A DNA stretch of 64,000 nucleotides from an uncultured bacterium. GTDB lineage: Bacteria; Patescibacteriota; Microgenomatia; Levybacterales; UBA12049. A program made the position numbers and the translations under genes. Each line of letters starts with the position of its first letter. Position 1 is the first letter of the stretch. This document shows positions 38,244 to 48,638 of this stretch, one piece after another. The notes below the pieces were generated by a model. That model saw nothing but the letters and a program-made list of their open reading frames with translations. It did not search any database and was not told the DNA's origin. The stretch covers positions 78,336 to 142,335 of the forward strand of contig CAWGXL010000001.1 in the NCBI GenBank assembly GCA_963826535.1. The letters run 5' to 3'.

Positions 38244-40592
38244 TTAAAGATTTATCTCTCCTAAATTAAGAACCGACGTTGGAGTCGGACCCTCCGTTAC
38301 TTCAGGTACCGGAGTATTTGTAGCAGCTGGGACCTGTGCAGCTCCCGGAGTGGGAGTAGGCGTAGGCGCACTTCCGCTAGTATTTTTATTTTCATTCCTT
38401 ACCTCATCCGGTGGATGATACATCTTATCATCCCTATGCTCAGTATTGAGCCACTCATCAATCGCTTTCTGCCAACGATTCTCGCCATCGGTTGAAGCTG
38501 GATCTGTCTCTTTGAATACCAAATAATTCTGCCCGTCCTTACTTCGATAAATTGAAGATTCTGATGTCGGTTCAGTGCCTTTTATAAAATACTCTGACCG
38601 GGTCCCTTGCCCCCCATGAGGCAAACCGCCCGCAAAAGCATCTACTTGCAATGCCACAACTTTGTCCGGCTTATTTGGCTGCTCATCTGATTTATTCTTC
38701 AAAACATGACTCATAATTTTATTCCAAATTGGCGAAGCGCCGGTAATACCCGACGCTATAGCAGGATCCATCGGAGAATTGTCACTATTCCCCACCCAAA
38801 CACCCGCTACAAATGAAGGAGTATAGCCGACAGTCCAGTTATCTCTTTTCTCATCGGTTGTTCCGGTCTTAACAGACACCGTCTTGCCCGACACTCCCAG
38901 CCAGGACTGTGTCCCGAATGCTGTCGCTCGCGCATTACTATCTAACAAAATATGTGAAATTATAAATGCGATTTCTTCAGAAAGTACCCTCTTCCCTTCC
39001 TTCTTTTTATATTCAAAAAGCTCACGTCCATTACTGTCTTTTACCTTCAATATCGAAACCGGATCTTGCCGGACTCCTTTATTCGCAAACACACTATATG
39101 CGGTAATCTCATCCATAAGCGATGCACCGCGCCCGCCTAACGCCAGCGACAATCCTACTTGTGACTTATTTTCAGCTGTCGGCTCCCAATTTCTGATCCC
39201 CATGTCATACGCCTTCTTCATCCCCGCATCGATACCAACAAGCGCCATCACTTTCACTGCCGGAATATTGAATGAATTACCCAATGCAAAACGCAGTTGT
39301 GTTGGTCCATGAAATTTCCCGTCATAATTTACCGGAACATATGGCTTCCCCGGGTCATTACTTGGGAATTCAGTCCGGGTATCTATCAACATAGTTGCTG
39401 CAGTATATCCTTTCTCAAATGCAGCCGCATAAATAATAGGCTTAAGCGATGAACCTGGATTTCTATTATTTGAAGTCGCGACATTGAAATTACCGTCAAT
39501 ATCTTCATTGAAATAGTCTTTACTTCCGACCATCGCCAAAATCTCACCCGTCTTTGGATCCACCACCACTGCGGCAGCGTTATTAACATCATAATTCTTC
39601 AATTTATCAATCTCCTCTTTCACGATTTCCTCTGCTTTTTTCTCTAGTTCATAGTCAAGTGTCGTTGTAACCTGCAACCCGCCGCCCAAAACAGTTTGAG
39701 CGCCAAACTGTTCCTCCAATTTATCTTTTACATACATCACAAAATGAGGTGCTTTTATTGACGAATATTTCTGTGAAAACTTAAATCGCCCAACCTGCTT
39801 ATATGCCTCGTCAGATTCAGCTTGACTAATATACCCATTTTCGACCATCTGTTTTAAAACTGCCTTTGTCCTTCCCAAATAATATCTATTACCGCTAAAC
39901 GGCGAATAAAGACTCGGACTCTGCGGCAAACCTGCCATAAAAACAGACTCTGCCAAAGTCAGCTTATTTGCCGGTTTTCCGAAATACATTTCACTTGCAG
40001 CTTCAGCCCCAATAGCTGTACCACCATAAGGAATATTATTCAAATACATCTCCAGGATCTCGTCCTTACTGTATTTCTGATTAACCTGTATTGAAAGTAT
40101 AAGTTCTTTAATTTTTCTAGGCAGACTACGTTCTGGAGAAAGAAGCACATTTTTAACAAGTTGCTGGCTGATTGTTGAACCTCCTGCCAACCCTTTACCC
40201 TCTAAATAATTCTTAACGACACGAAGATACGCGACAGGAGAAAACCCTTTATTTTCATAAAAATCTTCGTCCTCTATTGCAATAGTAGACTCCCGAAGCG
40301 ACTGTGGAATGTCCGTTAGCTTTACATAAGTCCTGTTCTCGTCTTGATAAACAGAGTAAAGCAGTACACCTTTTTTATCATAGATTCTTGTTGCGTCTTT
40401 ATACTTCGAAGCAATTAGTTTTCCCGGAGTAGGCAGATCACGGCTGTACCAAACAAAAAGAACCGGCACTGCAATAATGCATGCGACAATTCCCAAAAAA
40501 AATATTATGAGTGCTTTATTAAACACCTTCAACCAAGGTACCCGAACACCATCTCTCCCACGCCTGCGTCGTCTGGAAGTTCTATAGTCCAT
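38244..40592 (-). CDS. Class A penicillin-binding protein (transglycosylase + transpeptidase)
   Basis: EDEDF, GGSTISQQLVKN, RKIKE, SSLK, SFN, KTG; P/T-rich tail. Confidence 0.95.
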   Translation of the reverse strand: MDYRTSRRRRRGRDGVRVPWLKVFNKALIIFFLGIVACIIAVPVLFVWYSRDLPTPGKLIASKYKDATRIYDKKGVLLYSVYQDENRTYVKLTDIPQSLRESTIAIEDEDFYENKGFSPVAYLRVVKNYLEGKGLAGGSTISQQLVKNVLLSPERSLPRKIKELILSIQVNQKYSKDEILEMYLNNIPYGGTAIGAEAASEMYFGKPANKLTLAESVFMAGLPQSPSLYSPFSGNRYYLGRTKAVLKQMVENGYISQAESDEAYKQVGRFKFSQKYSSIKAPHFVMYVKDKLEEQFGAQTVLGGGLQVTTTLDYELEKKAEEIVKEEIDKLKNYDVNNAAAVVVDPKTGEILAMVGSKDYFNEDIDGNFNVATSNNRNPGSSLKPIIYAAAFEKGYTAATMLIDTRTEFPSNDPGKPYVPVNYDGKFHGPTQLRFALGNSFNIPAVKVMALVGIDAGMKKAYDMGIRNWEPTAENKSQVGLSLALGGRGASLMDEITAYSVFANKGVRQDPVSILKVKDSNGRELFEYKKKEGKRVLSEEIAFIISHILLDSNARATAFGTQSWLGVSGKTVSVKTGTTDEKRDNWTVGYTPSFVAGVWVGNSDNSPMDPAIASGITGASPIWNKIMSHVLKNKSDEQPNKPDKVVALQVDAFAGGLPHGGQGTRSEYFIKGTEPTSESSIYRSKDGQNYLVFKETDPASTDGENRWQKAIDEWLNTEHRDDKMYHPPDEVRNENKNTSGSAPTPTPTPGAAQVPAATNTPVPEVTEGPTPTSVLNLGEINL

Positions 40593-40653
40593 AAGAAGTC
40601 TAAGTATTATACCAAACCCGAGATTACTTATGCTATACTTGCGCTAATACCCT

Positions 40654-40680
40654 GTCATTCCCGCGAAGGCGGGAATCCAG
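40654..40680. repeat. dRS3-like palindrome GTCATTCCCGCGAAGGCGGGAATCCAG
   Basis: ATTCCC-N8-GGGAAT; 25/27 identical to the copy at 63442-63468. Confidence 0.85.
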
Positions 40681-40695
40681 TAGGCTATAAACATT

Positions 40696-41907
40696 ATGGA
40701 CAAGATCGAAGAAATACTAACCCGCGGAGTAGCCAATATCATTCCGAACAAACAAGAACTGGGAAAGCTTCTCCGCTCAGAAAAAAAAATAAACGTATAC
40801 TTAGGCATAGATCCAACATCGCCCCATATCCACCTTGGCCATGCCCTTCCTCTCAGGAAATTACAAGCCTTAGCAGAGCTTGGACATAACGCCACTTTAC
40901 TTATTGGTGATTTTACCGCACTAGTAGGCGATACTTCAGACAAAGAATCCGAAAGGCCCATGCTTACAAAAGAAGAGATCAATAAAAATTTTCAAACATA
41001 CAAAAACCAAGCGGAAAAAATCGTTAATTTATCAAAAGTAAAAATCAGATATAACAGCGAATGGTTAAGTAAACTGAGCTTTGAGGATGGTATAAAACTT
41101 CAGAAAAAATTTTCCCTGAACGATTTTAGCAGTCGGGAATTGATTAAAAAAAGATTAATTGAAGGAAAACACGTTCGACTGGATGAAACATCATATCCAC
41201 TAATGCAGGGTTATGACAGCTACATCTTAGATACTGATATTCAGTTGGGAGCAGCAGATCAAACATTTAATATGCAAGCAGGCCGTACCTTACAGAAAAT
41301 ATTACGAAATAAAGAATCCTTCATTATCGCCAATGACTATCTGGAAGGCACAGATGGGCGGAAAATGAGCAAATCCTGGGGTAATGCGATTTGGCTCGAC
41401 GATTCAGCTGAAGATATGTACGTCAAAGTCATGGCAATCAAGGATGATTTAATTATTCAATACTTCACCCTTGCAACAAATCTCCCCCTTCAAGAAATAG
41501 ATGATATAAAAAAATCACTCGAAAAAAACAAGAATCCCATGGCTCTTAAAAAACAATTAGCCTTTGAAATTACTTCCGAATTACATGACAACATCACAGC
41601 CCAAAAAGCAGCTGAAAACTTTGAAAAAACTGTACAAAAAGACGAAATGCCTACAATTATTCCAACACTAGAAATTTCCATAAATGATACTATTACTACT
41701 TCAGATGTTGTGGTGGAATTAAATCTTGCAACTAGCAAATCTGAAGCTAAAAGATTATTTGATCAAGGTGGCGTAAAAATAAATGGAGCATCAATTAGTA
41801 ACTCTCAAGCTTTGTTCAAACCATTTCTAAAAAATAGTGAGGCAATTATCCAAGTTGGCAAACGAAATTTCAAAAAAGTTAAACACAAAATGTCCCTTAA
41901 TTCTTGA
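40696..41907 (+). CDS. tyrS: Tyrosine--tRNA ligase
   Basis: GIDPT, HLGH, YPLMQGYD, KMSKS, S4 domain. Confidence 0.97.
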   Translation: MDKIEEILTRGVANIIPNKQELGKLLRSEKKINVYLGIDPTSPHIHLGHALPLRKLQALAELGHNATLLIGDFTALVGDTSDKESERPMLTKEEINKNFQTYKNQAEKIVNLSKVKIRYNSEWLSKLSFEDGIKLQKKFSLNDFSSRELIKKRLIEGKHVRLDETSYPLMQGYDSYILDTDIQLGAADQTFNMQAGRTLQKILRNKESFIIANDYLEGTDGRKMSKSWGNAIWLDDSAEDMYVKVMAIKDDLIIQYFTLATNLPLQEIDDIKKSLEKNKNPMALKKQLAFEITSELHDNITAQKAAENFEKTVQKDEMPTIIPTLEISINDTITTSDVVVELNLATSKSEAKRLFDQGGVKINGASISNSQALFKPFLKNSEAIIQVGKRNFKKVKHKMSLNS

Positions 41908-41969
41908 GACGTTCATGAATCTGAACGTGCCTTGATTCGTATTTATTAATTCTATATAATAACCCTGTT

Positions 41970-42071
41970 ATGGAATTTTTTCGCAAACATCCAATAATAG
42001 GAAGAGTCATAATCATTATCGCCGGCCTGGCTCTAATTGCCACCTCCTTCCTCCCATTCTTCATGTTGTAG
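41970..42071 (+). CDS. 33-aa single-TM small protein
   Basis: MEFFRKHPIIGRVIIIIAGLALIATSFLPFFML*, preceded by TATAAT-9 nt; not in ORF track. Confidence 0.5.
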   Translation: MEFFRKHPIIGRVIIIIAGLALIATSFLPFFML

Positions 42072-42135
42072 TGAAAAAGCATTACCCACAATTATTGACA
42101 TGCAGATTCATAAAAGGTAATATAACACTAAATTT

Positions 42136-42357
42136 ATGAAATATTTAAATTCTGATCCAAAAATTATGGGCGGCGATCTGGTAATAAAGGGCACCAGGAT
42201 TCCTATTGATGTAATTCTTTACAGGCTCAAGGACGGTTATTCCATTCAGGAAATCCATCGTATGTACCCCACGCCTACTCTGGAAACCTTAAAGGGAGCA
42301 ATAGGAGAGGCAATCGACCTTCTTACAACCAAAATTCATGGTAAAGAGATTTTATAA
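42136..42357 (+). CDS. DUF433 antitoxin
   Basis: DPKIMGGDLVIKGTRIP...EIHRMYP. Confidence 0.88.
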   Translation: MKYLNSDPKIMGGDLVIKGTRIPIDVILYRLKDGYSIQEIHRMYPTPTLETLKGAIGEAIDLLTTKIHGKEIL

Positions 42358-42697
42358 ACATAAACTTTTATTGGACGAAAACATGCCGCTACGCTCAGAC
42401 CTCCCTCAGCTAAATAAACATTTTGACGTAAAGCATGTTGATCATGATCTTAAACAAGGCGGAATATCAGATCAAAAAGTATATAACCTTGCTGTTACTC
42501 AGAAACGAATCATAATCACTCGTAATACAAAACACTTTCTTCCTCTCGCCGGCACTAAGGCTGATGTTGGCATTATTGGTATACCTCCACATTGGTTCAC
42601 CACTCAAGTAGATAATAAATTAATCTCATTTCTCAAAACCAAAACTCCCAAAACCTTACGAAAAAAACTAATCCCATTGAGTAAAGTACAAAAATAA
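42338..42697 (+). CDS. DUF5615 PIN-like toxin
   Basis: KLLLDENMP, ISDQKV, RIIITRN; overlaps DUF433 gene. Confidence 0.82.
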   Translation: MVKRFYKHKLLLDENMPLRSDLPQLNKHFDVKHVDHDLKQGGISDQKVYNLAVTQKRIIITRNTKHFLPLAGTKADVGIIGIPPHWFTTQVDNKLISFLKTKTPKTLRKKLIPLSKVQK

Positions 42698-42708
42698 TCT
42701 AACTACTT

Positions 42709-44952
42709 ATGTGTGGCATAGCAGCTATAATTGGAAAAAACAAACAAGAAGCCACAGATCTAAAAAAGATGCTTTTGCCAATTTTGCACAGAGGCGAAAA
42801 GAAGTATTTCAATGAAAGCTTAGATTTGGGCAAATGCGTGCTAGGAATGAATCGCCTCGCTATTGTTGATAGGGAAAAAGCAATACAACCAATTAAATCC
42901 AATAATGGCAAATTTTATATTGTTTATAACGGCGAAATCTATAACTATAAAGACTTGCAAAAAGAATTAATATATAAAGGATACAAGTTCTCAACAAATT
43001 CAGACACAGAAGTTTTGGTTAATGGCTACCAGGAATGGGGCGAAAAATTATTAGATAAAATCAGCGGCATGTTTGCTTTCTTCATTTATGATAAACAAAC
43101 AAATAGCTTTTTTGCCGCAAGAGACCCAATTGGGGTTAAACCGCTCTACTGGGCTAAGGACGACCAAGACAATTACTATTTTGCCTCCGAAATTAAATCA
43201 TTGGTAATTCTAAAACAGATCGAAAAAGTTAATCTATTCCCACCCGCTCATTTCATGAAAAATGGAAACATAATGCGTTACTGGAATATGCCGCAAGTAG
43301 CTGAAGAATATCCAAGCGAAGCAGAAGCAGCACGGACAATAAAAGAATTATTTGAGCGGGCAGTGCAAATTAGAGTTCAAACAGATTTACCCATCGGCGT
43401 ATACCTGAGTGGAGGCATAGATAGCACCTCTGTTATTGCCATGGCAAGAAAATTTCATCCTGACGTGACTGCGATCATTATGGGCAACGATAGTTCGGAA
43501 GATAAGGAAATCGCCCTGCGTTACTGTAAAGAGTTTGGAGTTAACTATTCCTTAGTTACCCCGCCAAAGGAGACAGCAATAATTGAGAAAGATATTCCCC
43601 GCACAATTGAGGTTACGGAAAGCTTTGAGCCAAACATGATACGGCCTTCAACACTTTCACGGTATTTAGCTAAAGGCGCAAAAGATGCGGGATTAAAAAT
43701 AATATTATGCGGCGAGGGTTCAGATGAACTTTTTGCCGGTTATCCGGAATTTTCTACTCTGCCAGGTCCCCAAGAAGTAGATGATGCATGTCGCGCATTT
43801 CTCAATGACCTTCATCGCACCCAACTCCAGCGTGTTGACAGAACATCCATGGAAGTTACAACCGAAGTCAGAGAACCTTTCCTTGATAAAGAATTGGTTG
43901 AATATGTCATGAAATTACCGGCACATTTTAAAATAAAAAAGGACGGGAACGAAACCATTACAAAATATATTTTGCGAATTGCCACGACTTCCGAGCTGCC
44001 TGACTACATAGTTAATAGAAAAAAAGTTGTCTTAAACGAGGGCGCAGGCTACAGCGGCAACCAAAAAACAAGCTTTTTTGCCGACAAAATAGCAGAACGG
44101 GTTTCAGATAAAGAATTCAATCAGTATCTCAATGATTATAAAGACTGGAGCCTTGAAACAAAAGAAGAAGTCTATTATTTTAAATTGTTTAAATCATTCG
44201 GCTATGATAAAGCGGTTTTCAATAAAGTCCGAACCGTCGTTAATAAAACAGCTACATTACAAAACGATATTAAATTCGCTCAGAAAATTTTAGAAAGTTT
44301 CGATACATGGAAATTCAAGAGAGAACAACCAAAAACAGAAGGAAAGATGCGGGAAGCCATATTACACGCAGTCCGGTCAAAAAACCCAATACAGTTTGTC
44401 ATGTACTGGGGGAAAGATGAAAGATCTGTTGCCGGAGAGAAAGAGAGGAGGGCTATTTCATACCTAAAACAAATGCTCGACACAATACACAAGAAATACC
44501 CACCCGGCGCAATTTTAACTTTTATTTTAAACGATACACACGCCGAATTGAACGGTTATACCAAATCGCAAATCGACCACTATTTCGATTCAATCGTTAA
44601 ACAGGCAAAACAAGGAGATTTTGAAACTACTCGCTTAAGCACGCTGGCAGCTTTCAACGAACAAATCCTTATGAAAAAGAAAGACGATGTTAAGATACCT
44701 GACGCGCTGCTAAAACTTTTAGTCGTGACGTCTAAAAAGCATTGCAAACGATACGATCCCGATACAGGAGCGAAACTCTACTATCTACAAAATCAGATTG
44801 AGAAAAAAGAAATTGAACAAAATTACCCCAACTCTATTTTTCTAACCTACAACGGCAGTGAACTGGATAAAATTTTACCGCTCAAATTGCCAATTTTTTA
44901 TATGTACTCTATTAAAGAAGGAAGAAGCATAAAGCCTTGGTTTGATGATTAA
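42709..44952 (+). CDS. Glutamine-hydrolysing asparagine synthetase-like protein with an extra ~230-aa C-terminal domain
   Basis: MCGIA, RLAIVD, YNGEIYN, ARDPIGVKPLY, LSGGIDS, GEGSDELFAGY, EVREPFLD. Confidence 0.88.
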   Translation: MCGIAAIIGKNKQEATDLKKMLLPILHRGEKKYFNESLDLGKCVLGMNRLAIVDREKAIQPIKSNNGKFYIVYNGEIYNYKDLQKELIYKGYKFSTNSDTEVLVNGYQEWGEKLLDKISGMFAFFIYDKQTNSFFAARDPIGVKPLYWAKDDQDNYYFASEIKSLVILKQIEKVNLFPPAHFMKNGNIMRYWNMPQVAEEYPSEAEAARTIKELFERAVQIRVQTDLPIGVYLSGGIDSTSVIAMARKFHPDVTAIIMGNDSSEDKEIALRYCKEFGVNYSLVTPPKETAIIEKDIPRTIEVTESFEPNMIRPSTLSRYLAKGAKDAGLKIILCGEGSDELFAGYPEFSTLPGPQEVDDACRAFLNDLHRTQLQRVDRTSMEVTTEVREPFLDKELVEYVMKLPAHFKIKKDGNETITKYILRIATTSELPDYIVNRKKVVLNEGAGYSGNQKTSFFADKIAERVSDKEFNQYLNDYKDWSLETKEEVYYFKLFKSFGYDKAVFNKVRTVVNKTATLQNDIKFAQKILESFDTWKFKREQPKTEGKMREAILHAVRSKNPIQFVMYWGKDERSVAGEKERRAISYLKQMLDTIHKKYPPGAILTFILNDTHAELNGYTKSQIDHYFDSIVKQAKQGDFETTRLSTLAAFNEQILMKKKDDVKIPDALLKLLVVTSKKHCKRYDPDTGAKLYYLQNQIEKKEIEQNYPNSIFLTYNGSELDKILPLKLPIFYMYSIKEGRSIKPWFDD

Positions 44953-45024
44953 AACTCTATATATTTTTAGAATTACAACAAATATAGACACTTAAAGACA
45001 AAAATTGTATAATCACTTAAAATT

Positions 45025-45456
45025 ATGAACAAAACAGACAATAAACTAAAGAAAGAGATAACATCCTGGCTTCAACGATTTGCAGAAATGGTCAGAAGCA
45101 AAAAATATACCGATGCTGAAGAATTCTTTGATAAAAATACATTTGGTTTTGGCACTATTGCTGCCCTATATTCAAACCTTGCCGAATACGAAACCAAACA
45201 ATGGAAAGAGTGCTGGGGTACGACGAAAGACTTTGAATTCGATTATTCGACTCTGCAATTTATAACAAGTGACGACAAGAGCCTCATAGTCATAGGCATT
45301 ATGTGGAAAAGCATTGGCGTCAAACCCGATGGTTCGGAATTTCCCCGAGAAGGAAGAACTACAACAGTTCTGAAACGTGACAAAAAAACCGGATCACTTA
45401 TAAGTGTTCATAATCATTATTCCCGTGTGCCGAAAAATTTCCCAGATGATTTTTGA
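45025..45456 (+). CDS. NTF2/SnoaL-like protein
   Basis: REGRTTTVL...SVHNHYS. Confidence 0.75.
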   Translation: MNKTDNKLKKEITSWLQRFAEMVRSKKYTDAEEFFDKNTFGFGTIAALYSNLAEYETKQWKECWGTTKDFEFDYSTLQFITSDDKSLIVIGIMWKSIGVKPDGSEFPREGRTTTVLKRDKKTGSLISVHNHYSRVPKNFPDDF

Positions 45457-45589
45457 ACAGAATACCTGAAGCCCCTTTTATATGTCGATCCGAGATATTA
45501 AATAACAAACTAATCCCGCTCAATCAAGAAAAATAAGTTTTAGCCAAATAAATGACAAACAAGAGTTACCTGATATAATATATACCTGA

Positions 45590-46810
45590 ATGGAACCTAC
45601 CAGCGAAATAGAACATGGACGTAATGAGAAAGATAAAAAAATAGAAAGACCTAAGCCCCTTGAAAAACCATGCATAGAAAACATTCCTCCTAACGAAAAC
45701 CTTCAAACCATAGAAGAGTTAGAAGCAACAAGACGGGAACTAGCCGAAACATCTTCTAGAAAAGAAACCCAAAGTGCTGATAATCCAAATCCTAATATTA
45801 TTCCCTCCGACAACGAAACTCTAATACAAATTGCAAATGGCCGGTGGATTGACTATAATTCACAGCGTGATATTTACAACAATCAAAAAAGAAAAGCTTA
45901 TTTTGGAGAACCAAAACCGGAAACATGGTTAACCTCATTTGCCTCAAAAATAAAACCGCTAAGAAACATCACTCGTATGGTAGGTGACTTTGTCCTATCA
46001 TTTCAAAGCCGTTCTGAAAAAGAATCTCTGAAACTTGCCGTAGTCAACGCAACAATTCTCAGTCGCAGAGAAATACTTGACAACCCCAAATTCCAAAATC
46101 TTTTACAAATTGAGGAGAATAATGAACATCTAATGAATTTACTGGATCAGGAGATTTTTCGTGAAGTAAACTGCCGTACTATTTTGATGTTGGAGGGACT
46201 ATCTCCGGCACAATTTCATTTATTAGCCAAACAAATGGGAGATAACCCGCGTGCATTTCTTTCTGATGATAGAAGAGAAAATGCCGGAAGGTTTGCAGCT
46301 GACAACAAACTCCCCCCGGATGGAAAACATCCATTCGTCCCGGACGACGACCCTGACTCTGAAGCCGAAAAAGTCCTTTGGGGGCCTGTCTTTCCAGAAC
46401 TAAAGTGGATACCAATAATAAAGGACTGGAGAATGTCCAGAACACACGCAGTAATTTACGCTGTTAAAGACTCCGAAGGCAACGATATTCTGTTACTTCC
46501 GGTTCATGTTGACCCGAAAACCCCCGTTGCTGCACTCAAATTTGGTAAGGATGCACTCAAATATCATCAATCTACCGACATTGGACAATTAGGAAATGCA
46601 AAATACGTCGGCACAGGATTATATGATCTTGGAATTAAATATTTCTTAAAAAAATTAAATGGTGCAAAAAATCAAGGCTTATTTGCGGATCTAAATGTCA
46701 CAGGAGTGGAAAAACTTACTACAACAAATAAAATAACCCGGGATGATAAAATAACCGATTATATCAATGGAATTGTTTTACAGGAAAAGCAAGCAGATAA
46801 ACCAACATAG
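45590..46810 (+). CDS. Hypothetical protein
   Basis: 406-aa ORF with charged low-complexity N-terminus. Confidence 0.65.
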   Translation: MEPTSEIEHGRNEKDKKIERPKPLEKPCIENIPPNENLQTIEELEATRRELAETSSRKETQSADNPNPNIIPSDNETLIQIANGRWIDYNSQRDIYNNQKRKAYFGEPKPETWLTSFASKIKPLRNITRMVGDFVLSFQSRSEKESLKLAVVNATILSRREILDNPKFQNLLQIEENNEHLMNLLDQEIFREVNCRTILMLEGLSPAQFHLLAKQMGDNPRAFLSDDRRENAGRFAADNKLPPDGKHPFVPDDDPDSEAEKVLWGPVFPELKWIPIIKDWRMSRTHAVIYAVKDSEGNDILLLPVHVDPKTPVAALKFGKDALKYHQSTDIGQLGNAKYVGTGLYDLGIKYFLKKLNGAKNQGLFADLNVTGVEKLTTTNKITRDDKITDYINGIVLQEKQADKPT

Positions 46811-46851
46811 GTATTGCAATTTAATAGCGGATCATCCAATAATATAGATAC

Positions 46852-47730
46852 ATGCTAATCTATATCCTGTTTGGTTTATTAGGAGGAATACATAGAGCTT
46901 TATGGGGAGCATACAAAGATTCGCCACATGAGCCATATAAAATATCCAAGTCTATTCGAAGTATTGTCATAGCTACGCTTTGGGGAATTATCCTCTTTAT
47001 AATTTTCCCAATCATTGGCATTAAAAGCGAAACTGTATCGCCGGTATACATATTCCTGATGGTAATTGCGCTAGACACTATAACTACAGAATTTTATAAA
47101 CTATTTATAAGAACGGAGCCTCAGGGAAAGTACGCTATCCCATCAATGTTCCACGCGTGGAGTACTCATATTCCAAATTATCAAAGGCTAATCATGTGCA
47201 TAGTATTAACTCTTTTCCTGGGAACCCTTTTTTATATACTATCTCAAATTAATACATCTTTAATACAAGTACCGCAAATAGCAACCGGTACTCTTACGGG
47301 CATATATGGAGGCGTTGCAATAGCATATCTCGAGCTAGTTGGAATTATCCTTTTACAGAGTGCTATACGCGGCGGATCCGTGGGTCTTGTGGGTGGAGTT
47401 ATGGAAGCAACAGGAGGAATGTGGAAAGATGCTCCATTTGAAGGCCTCGAACCACTAAAATTTTTCCGCAGTCCATTGGTAGGTCTTTTTTGGGGAACAG
47501 TTTTAGCTCTTAATCAAACGAATCTTGCAATACTCTTTATTTCAGTATTAGGAGCCGACCGGATGACTATTGAACTATATAAAACTTTCATAATTAAAAA
47601 AAGGATAGGTAAATTCAAAGCTAATACGCCTATTTTTCCAACATGGATTAAAAAAAGAAACATTTTTGTATTACCTTACTTCACAACATGGGTAATATTC
47701 CTTATTTTTTTAATTTTAGCCTTCAGATAA
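46852..47730 (+). CDS. Internally duplicated membrane protein, paralog A
   Basis: GAYKDSPHEPY / GMWKDAPFEGL repeats; TEFYKLF / IELYKTF. Confidence 0.75.
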   Translation: MLIYILFGLLGGIHRALWGAYKDSPHEPYKISKSIRSIVIATLWGIILFIIFPIIGIKSETVSPVYIFLMVIALDTITTEFYKLFIRTEPQGKYAIPSMFHAWSTHIPNYQRLIMCIVLTLFLGTLFYILSQINTSLIQVPQIATGTLTGIYGGVAIAYLELVGIILLQSAIRGGSVGLVGGVMEATGGMWKDAPFEGLEPLKFFRSPLVGLFWGTVLALNQTNLAILFISVLGADRMTIELYKTFIIKKRIGKFKANTPIFPTWIKKRNIFVLPYFTTWVIFLIFLILAFR

Positions 47731-47787
47731 ATCCGCTTACTCAACAAAATGTTTAAAGTCTGATAGCTCCCAATTTCGTCCATAACT

Positions 47788-48570
47788 CTAGACTAGAAAT
47801 CTAAATAAATATAAGAGAAAAAACAATGATGCAAAATAAAACGGTACAAATAACATTCTTTTTTCTAACCAATCTTTATGATGAACTTTACTCGATCCGA
47901 ATTTCCCCGGCCAATATCCTTTTTTAATAAAAGTTTTATACAACTCAACAATCACTCTCTCAATTCCCACGGCGCTCAGAATTATAAAAAATACATTATC
48001 AGTAAGTCGTGAAGCAAACAACCCACCCAATATACCAAGAAGTGGACTGCGTAAAAATTTAAGCGTATCAAACCCCTCAAAAAACCCGTCTTTATAAGAT
48101 CCTGCAATTGCTGTACCTAAACCTATCAAAAATCCCAATATAAGACCTTTAATTAGAATAGGAAAACCTGCAAGGCCATACTCTCCAAGAATATAAATTC
48201 CTAAAATACCCAATATTGGTATAACGCCAATAAAAAGTCTTTCTAATCTGCTATTAATAATTTTTCCAAATAAATGTATCTGCGTGGGTATCTTGTATAA
48301 ACTCTGGTTTTCGGTTCTGATAAATAATTTGTAAAATTCGGTGATACATCTTGATAATGCAAAAATAACAAGAAACACAATGACATATTCTTCATTTCCT
48401 GCCCATTGATATACTGAAAACAATAAACCGATTGCGCTGGCTATTAATAATTCGCGGACAACGCGCGCGGGCTTAAACCCCTCATATGGTGAATCTTTAT
48501 ACGCCCCGTAACTAGCTGCATGAATACCCGCCATAATTCCGATCAACAATGGATAAAAATTTTCTAACAT
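47788..48570 (-). CDS. Internally duplicated membrane protein, paralog B
   Basis: GAYKDSPYEGF / GSYKDGFFEGF repeats; TEFYKLF / VELYKTF. Confidence 0.75.
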   Translation of the reverse strand: MLENFYPLLIGIMAGIHAASYGAYKDSPYEGFKPARVVRELLIASAIGLLFSVYQWAGNEEYVIVFLVIFALSRCITEFYKLFIRTENQSLYKIPTQIHLFGKIINSRLERLFIGVIPILGILGIYILGEYGLAGFPILIKGLILGFLIGLGTAIAGSYKDGFFEGFDTLKFLRSPLLGILGGLFASRLTDNVFFIILSAVGIERVIVELYKTFIKKGYWPGKFGSSKVHHKDWLEKRMLFVPFYFASLFFLLYLFRFLV

Positions 48571-48638
48571 ACTAATTAACCAACTAAAAATAGTGTAGCA
48601 TAATTCATACGCTTATTTGCTATAATCCAAATAATATT

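Noticed and set aside
38270-38380. P/T-rich repeats at the PBP C-terminus
   Set aside because: Ordinary low-complexity tail of class A PBPs.
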